Assembly (NCBI RefSeq): GCF_000150275.1
Contig: NW_002060956.1
Span: 463,379-527,378, forward strand
Source of the DNA: Trichoplax adhaerens
Lineage: Eukaryota > Animalia > Placozoa
DNA length: 64,000 nucleotides
Direction of reading: 5' to 3'
A program made the translations under genes and the position numbers. Of this stretch, positions 53,027 through 64,000 are shown one piece after another (the first letter of the stretch is position 1; each line of letters opens with the position of its first letter). The notes beneath the pieces were generated by a model, which saw nothing but the letters and a program-made list of their open reading frames with translations, had not been told where the DNA came from and searched no databases.

Positions 53027-56000
53027 ATCCATGCCGCCCTGTGTACTAATCCAATCGTTCTTGGAGATCGCTTCAACAACTCGTTTAATTCAGCTCTTAA
53101 ATCGTCGTACTTCAGCGTTAGTATTTAGAGTCACTAAAGTCATTTATAATGCTGCTTATGGTAGTATCCTTGGCGATTGCTAAAGCGAAAAGACTCATTC
53201 GATGCAGAATTCGTCTAATTTCACACGAGATAAATGGAACCAACATCTTTCAATTGTCTTCATTAAGATTGCGTGTTTTGTAGCAAATTCAGAGCTGTAT
53301 TACAATTTTTAAGCTATAGAAGGAATGAAAATTTCGCTAGTTACGATGCTGCAGTATTCACTATTAATATGAACAAATGAATTGACAAATCCTGAAAGGA
53401 GTGTACAATTCGTTAGGATTGTGTACAGAACATTCAAATTGTATTAATGCAATGGCGTTTATCTGAGTGATGATCATTCAGTACGGATGTTGTTTTAATA
53501 AATTATCAATAGACAAGAAACTTCATTGATTTTAGAATTATAACTAGAACGATGGCCTGATACCTTTAAGGTATAGTCCATTCTTATTTTGCTGGAATGT
53601 AAGAATCGGTATCAAGCGTAAGTAATAACAAAAAATAAAAGAGCACGCAACGATGTACAGTATATACGAATTTCCAATTTTACTATATCTCATACAATAA
53701 TGACAGTAGTCGCATACGATATATAGCTTTTATAATAAATACAGCATTGCACTAGCCATTCTATTAATTGCAGTTATATTTGCTATCTAGCCAAACTTGC
53801 CGGAGGCAACGATGACTTCATTCAAAACGCCAAGAGCGCTAATAATTATAATAACATACGTGCTGGGAACAGATTTATTAGTAGTTTTATTGTTACTTGG
53901 GTATTTCTCTAGTTGCATCAATGATGCTACGTTTTTAACCTTCATATCTACTAATACATAATAGGCAGAGTACACGCTATACACACGGTGAAAGCTTCAA
54001 TATTTCCTTATTTTAGCATTCGATTTTTAGAATCACAGCGTAAACGTAATACGATATACCCATTTTTGCATACTGTATATTCATGTTTATACGATATACA
54101 CTAATTAATTTATCTCAACCTAGGAAATACCATTCCATTTTCATAACACAAAAAAGAGTACTGAAATTTGATCGTAATACCGTGGTTTAAATTAGGGAAT
54201 CAAGCTAGCTTTACATGAGCAGTGTGTGTTACAAGAAAGCTACCGGTTGACATTAGCCTTCAGGTACTTGGGTGATATTAGGGATTGCCACCTGTGCAAA
54301 TTTTGTTACCCAGGCGATATGCGCGTTACTTACCGAATTCTGGTTTAAGTATCAAGCGAATAGTTCAAAGCTGTAATTATGTCACTTGCACTACAGTGGC
54401 ATTTGTACCTGCATAAGCACCGCTAGCTACCTATTCAAAGTTTATTACTTATAGTGTCTGACAAAGGCAGAAATAGCGAATCTATATCAAATTTTACAAT
54501 TTGAGCAGCTTTGCAAAATGATATTTTGACAAGATTACAGCCCCAAGTGCACTGTATGAGTAAAGTAAGATAACGAACGGTGTTTTCAGTTGGAATTTGG
54601 ACATATCCGGGATGGTTAGCACAGTTGTAGTACTGCACAGGAAAATGCAACAAAGCTGCAAAACGCTGTACAGTGGACAACTCGATCCAGTGAGTATATG
54701 ATTTACTGTACATCACTGCATAACAACTGCGAAAGAGCATTTCTATCGCTGTACAAAGTTCGTATATAGGTTCTGGATAAAATTTCGGAATTGGCCAGCA
54801 CCCAAGCTATTCTTTAAATTAAATGCAAAGGAATTTATTGCCTTTATTATTCGTATCCTCTTAAGCAATAAAATTGAAAAAAAAATGGATGCCTTCATTT
54901 TAGTTTCCGATTTTCATTCATTTTTAAATCAAGAGATTTTTCGGATCAACATCAGTATACGGCTCCCCTTTTATTGTATATATAAAATCTACTGGATCAA
55001 TATCCATATACAATATAGTAATATCCTAATATACGAACACTTATCATATACCATTAAGTACTGTACATTCATAATGTACGACATCATGACGACATATAGA
55101 CGACATGCTATACATACATATAAAGACATTATCTCAATCTCATCTAAGACCTATAAATACCCTTGCAAGCTAACTCGTTGGTCCGTTCCTATGTTCCTGC
55201 TACCTCAAATTCCTTATCTATCACAACCATATCATTGTTAGCCTATAACTTGTATCTCAATAAAATCCTTTATACCTTCTATCATCGTCTACCTTAAAAT
55301 ATTTTACGCTACTTAAAGAAGATATTATATTATTACACACCAAGGACTACCACTAGAAAAAGGAATAGTAGTAGTCCATGGCAGCACCCAGAAGCATTGG
55401 CAACGGCATAACTTCCACATTTAAAGTGCGCCTAGTTATTAACTAACCGTAAATGGTATTTTCTGTTGTCAGAATTTATCGAGAGCTATATCAAAAATGA
55501 ATTCGAGTATACTTCTATATAAAATTCTTTTACTGAGTGAATCACTTAGCCAGCCAATCCTAATTTACTGTTTAGTACTGCAGACATTTGCCCTACTTTG
55601 GTCAATCCAATTGTGTCCAACACTTCATTATGACAGTAGTAAAGCATGCAGATCTAAATTAAGTAATAATAGGACATTGCATTCCATTGCTTGTTAAGCT
55701 CTGCTTAGAAACAGTCCATTTACATCATGCATGTTATTCAAATTAATACGAGTGATTTCGAAAACAGACACGATACTGAGTAACTATTTTTCGCCATTTT
55801 CTGCTCTGAAAAGTCCGTCCATCCGAGGAGTGTTAGTGGTCTAGCTCTTTTTTCTAGTAATTCTATGGCTGTTTTAACATGCAAAATGGACCAATCAAAT
55901 CAATGCAATGCTATCCCAGATTGCTTTACAAACTATGTTTCAAACTATCCATTCTACTCTATACTGTACCCTATTAATGTTACAGTATATTGTGCTATAG

Positions 56001-56448
56001 TAGACAAGGAAAAATAGGACTGTGGATTACCTTACTGCACACTGATGTGTACAGTGTACAGTGCATAGTACTGTACCCGACGACCAAGCAACGAGCTTTC
56101 AACTGTTTTTCTGCGTCGGTCCAAATATGATCTGCTAAGTGTTGATGATTCAAGCTAGAACTAAACTAGAAAAAAAAGAAATCAATTTCAAAGCGATTCG
56201 AAAGGAAGGAAATACAAGACACTACAGGTAAATCCGATCACTATTTCTCTTGGCTACAGCAGGTTGATTGGCAGAGTAGGATTGGTGTTTGATTGATTGT
56301 TTATGAACTGAATTGAAAGGAGGAGAAATCAATTCAAGACGGTTTGAAAAGGAAGGAAAAAGGAAGCTATTGCAGGTAAATTGAATTCCTTCTATGGCAT
56401 GATAACAATGATCAATCATATCATCCATCATTGGTTTTAGATTGCACC

Positions 56449-59400
56449 ATGACGGATACAACACCCAGTCGTCACGAAAAATCGCTTGGCCTATTAACAA
56501 GTAGATTTGTATCTTTATTACAAGAAGCTAAAGATGGAGTTTTGGATTTGAAAGTGGTAAGAGTCATGAAACACCATGCTGTTGAATGATATATGATAGT
56601 AGTGTAGACTTTCAAAGTGATGATAGAAAAATAGGCAACCAGTATTGAAAAGATCATCAAATGCCAACATTATTTTTAATTTTACTATTATCACTTGCTA
56701 GATACTGTAATGCACCAAGACTAGCGTCGTGTCATCAATGCTTGTTATTCTACGATGATCATTGATGTTATGTGTTGCATACCATCATATTAAAATAGAG
56801 GATAAAACCAATGCAATAAATTACTCAAAAGAATCATACGAGGATGACAGTAATAAGTTTGCCAATGGCATCATTCTTTAACTTTGTAACTACTGTACAT
56901 GAGATTCTCGATCATTCTGATGTTGAATTTGTAGTCATATGAATCATGGAATTTGAATATTGTACTAAAAAAAATAGCAGCAACCTAACTAATCGATTAT
57001 TACTGATTGATTTTAGCTCCCTTTACGCTCTAAATATACTAGATTAAAAATTACAATTAATGAAATTTATTCTTAAACTTTTCAAATAAGATAGAGCTCA
57101 TCATTACATTAATTCAATTAATGCCAAGGATTTAGATCATGCTCATTAAATGCCGACTCATAATGATGATTAAATGGAACAACGCCATTGATCACCTTTT
57201 CGCTATTACAGCATGGAGAGCAACGGAGTACTGAATTTAAAATGCATAATGTAGAATTACTATTAAAGCACCCGGCTGAAATGATAACAGAAATAGGAGA
57301 CACACTCTTTGTAGTGCAGAATAAAGAATGACTGCATAAACAAGATTGAAATTGAAGTAAAGGGATACACTTAATTTAAATCCATGATTGCAATATCATT
57401 TGCAATGGTGGTATGATATACGTATACTACTCTGCATGATATTGACGTACTTTTAAATTTTATGCACCACTATATTCGGCATTACTATACACACTATGTA
57501 ATGAACAAACGTACCATATTAGCTACCATTGATAATTCTTGTTTGTATGATACCACACAGTACAAGTATAGCAGAAAGCCAAAAATTTCTATCAAGTTGC
57601 TATGTTTTGCAGTACTTAACTTGCTCACTCTGCGTCTCCATGTGATGATATTGCTAGAATACAATACTGTAATCTTATCTGTTAATTTATTAAAGTAACA
57701 TTTTCACATGTTCATGTTTAGGCTGCTGATACATTAGCTGTTCGTCAAAAGAGAAGAATTTACGATATAACAAATGTATTGGAAGGAATCGGTCTCATTG
57801 AAAAAAAATCGAAAAATAGCATTCAGTGGAAGTAAGATTAACGATCGAATGATGTATATTGCATAGTATACGCCATACATACAACTTGTATTGTACTGAT
57901 TTACATGAAACTTTATATAACTTCGTTTATCACAAGGGGAGCTGGACCAGGTTGTAATACTAGAGAAATTTCCGACCGACTGATGAAACTGAAGGATGAA
58001 TTAAATGAGTTGACTGCATTGGAAAAACAAATCGATAGACACAGCGTATCCATGCAACAGAGCTTAAAAAATGTCGCAGAAGACACCAGAAATCTCGAGT
58101 ATCCTTTAAACAGAAATTAGTTACCAGAATACAAGTATATTAAGGTCGAATTAGATTTTTTATTAATGCCGCCTTTATGTCTGGTGCTTTTGTTACATGC
58201 ACTTTACACACTATAATTTATATTGTCATGCAAATGCCACTTCAAATTGGCAACTATAAAAGTTTTGAAATATAGCAATTAATTGATTAACGATCGGATG
58301 TTACATCAGTACTACATACTGCTAAAAGATTTTTTTATACGTTATAAATCTTGACTCGATAACACTATCAGATCTGCTTATGTAACTCATGATGATGTTG
58401 GCGTCGCTTTTCCAGGTAAGAACTTATCGGATATTATTTTATAATTTTCGCTAAAGGGATTATTGACACATCAATTTATTTCAACAAATTGTGAAATATT
58501 TGTAGAGTCGACTGTGCTAGCGATACAAGCTCCCTCTGGAACAAAATTAGCTTACCCTTTATCAGACTCTGTAACGATTTCATTTTAAGATTAAATAACG
58601 TGATAAAATTCTAATTCAAATGTGTTAATGGGCATATCATATTTAATTCCAGAGTTATCCTCCTGATATCAAGCGAAATTATCAGATACATTTGAAAAGT
58701 GAAACAGGCCCAATTTGTGTCATGCTACTTAATAAGAATGCCCTTAATGAAAAAATATCTGAACAATCATCCTATATGGAGATGCAGTCAAATAGTCAAC
58801 CGCCTCCCAATCAGTTTAAGTTTAATCTCCCTGAAACTGTACAAAATTTTGAAAATATGGACACGCCTATACCACCTTCCGATACTATGAAATGCCCTCC
58901 TAAAGTAACTCATCGCACTGAACACATAAAACAGATAAAGAGTGAGAATTTTCTCCCAGCGCCACAATCTCAGTATCCAATAACAAATGGTAAATTAGCA
59001 TAAAAACAAATCATTTTCCGTATCTCTTATGGTGTTCTCAATTTAACAAGTCCTAGCTATTGAATTACAACCATCATTCTGTTATGCTATCAAGATTTAT
59101 TTTTAATGTCTGGCATTTTGTTTTTGCTTTAGATGTTCTTCCTATGGAAACAGAGCAAGCCATGCTTTATGATCAAATGGACCAGAATTTGTCATGTAAG
59201 ACTTCTATTTCAATTATTGGATAGCTTTTTCCAATAATGCTTCCAACCACTGTATTGATACGAGTATACACTACGATCCATTAAAGTAATATGACTTACT
59301 ATATAAGATGCTGTAAATAGCCTCTTATGTATATTTGATAAATTTTCTCATCAATAGATGTAGTACTGAATTTCTAAATTTTTCGTGCATAAATTCCAGA

Positions 59401-59653
59401 TATGTCGAAAAATGATTTCAATATCGAAGATATTATAGCCTCAGAAGGTACTGAAATCTTATATAATGTTTGCTACATATCACAACAATTACTATACTTA
59501 CGAAATTGATATCACGTCAAAATTTTTTCTGAATTAGATTATAGCAATATCCTTTGCCTTTCTCCACCTGGGTATCGCGATTATTGCTTCAATCTTGAAG
59601 AAGATGAAGGCGTTTGCGATCAGTTTGACATCTCTAATTTGATGACAAACTGA
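56449..59653 (+). CDS. E2F transcription factor, E2F4/5 subfamily
   Basis: [30 protein letters not shown]|[36 protein letters not shown]|[11 protein letters not shown]; AYVTHDDV; LAIQAPSGT; [12 protein letters not shown]; pocket-protein-binding tail [17 protein letters not shown]. Confidence 0.95.
58099..58371 (+). other. U12-type GT-AG intron in E2F4/5
   Basis: 5' splice site GTATCCTTT at 58099. Branch-like TCTTGAC at 58349-58355, close to the AG at 58370-71. Splicing yields RNLE-SAYVTH. Confidence 0.85.
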
Positions 59654-61599
59654 ACAATATCCATACACTATCCAATGATTGAACTTATAATGATAACTTA
59701 TTTTATTTCTCTGCGTACTTCGACATTTTGTTATCTTTCGTATCGGATATCAAAACAGCTGTAGAACATTTACAAAAGCTAAGTTAGATAGTTCAAATCG
59801 TTTGAACTTAAATTCTGTACAGCGCGTCTACAAGCTAAAATCCTTGCAATTTGCATAAATCAATCTGTATGACAATAATTCCACTATCAATTTTAAAAAC
59901 TGTAATAGGGGAACATATTGACTATTTTTCCATCAAATCTTTTCCCTTTGATATCAATTTTTAATTGCTCGTAAATAATTAATACTGATTTGTTAGCTTA
60001 ATATTCCGAGTACTTTAGATGTAAATCTTTAATTATTTCCTCGATTCACACTTTTCTTGAATATGTACAGCCCTCGACGATATCTTTTTGTCCCTGATGT
60101 TACGCTGCTTTGTAACAACGCCACCTCATAGTAATATTAATATTAGTTAGACTTCCCTTTCCGCTAATATAAATATATCACAGCCATCATTCCTATACCA
60201 GCAGAGTAGGATATTGAAAGAATTACTAATAATAATGCTTCAGCGATGTAAAGTGTCGAGTTATGTAAAACGTCTTTCACTTATATTTCATAAAGACCAA
60301 TTCGAGTAGCTAGAAATACTAGTGTTTTTTGACAGAAGATGCCATTATTTTGAATCAATCACTACTCATTTGCTTAATAACATTCAATGCAACGGACTTC
60401 GGTAAATGTTTATTGTATTCATCTTCTGACTTATACTAAGTTACAAAGGAGTTTAATGAAATAAACATCGTCAGCATGATCAATTGTGATGATGATCTTG
60501 TCGTCTTAACGATGATCATTATTTATCGATATAGATGTGTGATCTATCAATTAAGCATAAATTGAAGTGACATTATTTTATAGTATTATAATCAATCAGT
60601 TGATTAAGCAATATCTAAATACGGCAAGAAATATTCGAATTATTAAGTAACTCAAAAAAATACCACATCGTATTATCTGAGGAAACTTCACCGATTAATT
60701 ATCGCTTACAAATTTAACAGTCGACCCTAAATGAACGGTGAAATACTACAAATGCATTAAAGTTGACCGACATCCTTAATTTACTTCTGAATATGAACGT
60801 AACTATAGATTAGTGTAATTTCTTTAGCCTTCAATATAAATGCTGTAGATAAAAATAAAAAAATAGCATTTTTCTATGTTGATACTCCCTTATTACCTCA
60901 CTCTAAATTAAAGAAACTATAATTTTATTCGCTGTGAATCACTTCATTAGAAACATCATGATAATTTATATTATCTACATCTACTGCAGATTGATAATTA
61001 ATCTATAGTGTAAAATATTTGATCTGATCATAAAATGATGGTGCTGCCATTACCTATGATCTACGTTTATATTTCTTAATATCTCGACGTGACATTAACA
61101 TCATTAAAATATTGCTGTTATAAAAAAGGATACAGCGAGTGAGCTAAAACAAACAAGTACATTAAATTATAAGATCTCCTTATCATATAGGTAATGGATT
61201 ATACAGATAAGCAGCGTCAAAAATATTTGTCAACGTTCATTAAGTACAATTTCAAGTATTTGTCTACTAAATTGGCAGCTAATTCAAAGTGATGACATTT
61301 TTGTTCTTTCACGTAGCAAACAATAAATCACCAGTAGTTGAGATCGATCAGGGTATGAAGATGAATTAAAAAGTTATAAAAGAATAAAAGCTTAAGGAGT
61401 CAAGAAAGACATTGTCACAAAGTTTAATAATTAAAAATAGTAGCTATAATTATAACTGATATAGAGCAGTGTAAGGTAATCATGAAAGTAAGACAATTAT
61501 AACAAAGCGAATACTGTGTTAGAAATTATCTTATGAACCATTATAAGGCGTTAGTTGAACTTAATGCCATTAAATGACATCAAATTTATCTGTATTGCC

Positions 61600-63885
61600 T
61601 TATTGAATATTGCAAGATTTGCTATCTTTAACATCGCTACCAATGCTTGCAGTAGAACCTAAGTTAGCGCCTCCATTAGAACTTGCACCTTCTTCTGCGA
61701 TGGTTTCATTCTCATGAGTTTGTCTGATAAATTTTTGACCTTGAATCATCTGTAATTTAGAAATCAAAATTAAGTGTTATTCAACGCCATAATCTTGTCT
61801 TAAATAACGCTTATTGCATTATTTATCACTTTCTATTTATACATATATTAGAAGAGCGTGTATTATTAATAAATTAGTTATAATGTGTATCGTATCAGAA
61901 TATTACTGCTATCAACTATCTATTGCATACCGTAGAAAGCATCGTCACTTTGGCTTTCAATTTATTAGAATAGTTATTAGAGGCCGCAGTAATAGCTCGA
62001 TGGAATGCTTCGAAATTTTGTTCTTCCACGGGTTTCTTACCCCACTCCAAGCATAATTCCTTTATAACATAAGAATCAGCCAAATTGTAAAACAATTTAT
62101 ACATAATATTATTAAATAATACGATGTATATTTACTTATTCGTGCTATATGGACATTGCAGAGTTAGTATGTTATAATTCAATTATATAATAATCAATAT
62201 GAGAATAAAGATGAAAGGATAAAATATTTTTTGCTTTGAAAGTTTCCATAATTACATGTGATACTCTGTCTGTATCAACTATCGATTATTAACATGTACT
62301 GCACTTCATATAAGGCTTTTCAAAGAGCGATGATTTTTGCAATTCATATGGTTCACTAGAAATGAACCTGTAGCGATACAGAAAAGTTAAGAGTATAAAT
62401 ATTTACTTGAATACGTTTTTCTTTCTTTTGGAAGATATCTTGCTTTCTTTTTAGAGCCAATAATTCCGCTTTAAGTTGAGAAACTTCACCACCATCATTA
62501 CCTTGACCAGGTATCACTGAAGCCCTACGTGTATTTGAATCTTGAATACTGTCCATTTGGCGTAATTCCTTTGTGAATTGATGAATTATGGCGTTATGTA
62601 GAATAGCCGTTTGAGTTAAAATTTTGCAAAGAACAACGAATATCATAGTTGTAATTTACCTTCGTGGACATCTTCAATAATCTTGGATCAGCGACACTAT
62701 CTTCTTGACGACCAAACATTTGCAATGTGACGCAACCTTGGTCGAACCAGTCTAGATGGTCTTGAGTAATTGTTGCTAAAGTCACAATGCGAGTATGATT
62801 ATACTCTGGTGATAAAGTACCAGATTTGGTTTCTGTTTGGGTTAAGGTTTCTTCATTATAACATCTGTACTTGACTGTTAAACCTTTACTAAATCGAGCT
62901 TTATGGATTTCAGCATTCCTAATTGTGACCTAAAGAGTGAAAACGATATGATTTGCAGAATTGTTGTACTAGGTAAGCAAGCTAGAAAATTTTTGTTATT
63001 GTAAAAATTTATTACTTCAATAATCAAGTAGTATCTTAATATCTACATCAGATCTATATCGTAACAGTAGTTACTATTTATACAAAATTATAACGATTTA
63101 CATAATTTTGAAAGTTTTCATTTTTCAAAATACACAATTTAATTACCTTGAAGTGATATGGCTTGCCAAGCAGATCACCCGGCTCCTCAACAAAGTAATC
63201 ATCTCCTAGAGGTTTACCATTTGCTAAACATGGTGTACAACTAACGGAGATAAATCCTTCTTCAGCGCCCTAGTTTTAATATAAAATTGAATTATTTCAT
63301 TAACTATGAGATATAAAATAGCCTTATATTGCTTCATCAGACGCCTTTACAACTACAATCGTAGATACAATACATTTTAAACTTATTGCAACTAGTTATT
63401 AAATATACAAATACGATATTCTTCTATAGTAAATACATTTATCTAAACAAACTCTATCCATAGTCGTACCTTATAATCTGTAATTGTTAATCTATCATCA
63501 AAATCTAAGCCGTATGCCAAACTCTGTAAAAATATACTAGCAGTCCCGATAAGAACGTCTTCAGGAGGTTCCCAGAATGGATCTTCTTCGTTCGGAATTT
63601 TCTTTACGTCTTCATCTCCGTCTAAGTGACGTTGGTATAGGTCCTAAACGATTTATAAAATGAGCTGTTATATCTCAAGATAACTTGTCAAGTATATTAG
63701 TAATTGACTATTAGTATGAGACTAATTATACCTGCATCAAATAACGACGATTCATAAATTTGCCTCTCTCCCAGACCCATGTATTACCATTCAGTAGGTC
63801 TTTCATCTTCACCATAACTTTAGTAGTTTTATTACTGGATATACCTTCCATTGCAGCACCAGAAATCAAAATTACCTCAAAAGAT
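61600..63885 (-). CDS. Kinesin-3 family KIF28/KLP-6-like, C-terminal exons; gene extends beyond window
   Basis: TWVWERGKFMNRRYLMQ|DLYQ..EDPFWEPPEDVLIGTASIFLQSLAYGLDFDD..ITDYK|GAEEG..VEEPGDLLGKPYHF..; ends SKSCNIQ*. Motor domain not in window. Confidence 0.8.
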
Positions 63886-64000
63886 CTATTATAGGTATAT
63901 AGAAAAATCAATAATAATTTAGATAAACCATACTAGTACAAAACGGTTGAATTACTGTTCTAAACTATATTCTAGATATAAACAGAGTAAATATTTGTAG

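Noticed and set aside
54435-55241. ORFs of 101 and 118 aa upstream of E2F
   Set aside because: No recognisable domain; composition typical of random AT-rich ORFs.

Overview
AT-rich, intron-rich, gene-dense animal genomic DNA. Metazoan-type proteins, short introns and a compact layout suggest a placozoan such as Trichoplax, but this is inference. Manual exon assembly supports 16 protein-coding genes: the 3' part of TBC1D31 (+), two tandem DUSP22/15-like phosphatases (+), LYRM4/ISD11 (-), an mL37/mL65-family mitoribosomal protein (-), TRAPPC2L (+), PABPN1 (-), FAM210B (+), an Aurora kinase (-), a C22orf39/UPF0545-like gene (-), RNMT (+), TMEM208 (-), FAU (+), BOLA3 (+), E2F4/5 (+) and the 3' part of a KIF28-like kinesin-3 (-). 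The most unusual observation is a six-unit tandem array at 21857-22616. On the minus strand each unit carries acceptor/9-nt/donor, so it could be a run of microexons encoding (Gly-Pro-Arg)n. Other notable signals are two U12-type introns (TRAPPC2L, E2F), a candidate H/ACA snoRNA in FAU, (TACAG)n/(CTGTA)n clusters at many promoters, NRF1-like sites, a CaaX-ended kinesin, a mosaic mL37/mL65 protein and gene pairs that recall human microsynteny. No rRNA, tRNA, CRISPR array or intact transposon was found. All gene models are read by eye, with no database searches or expression data.
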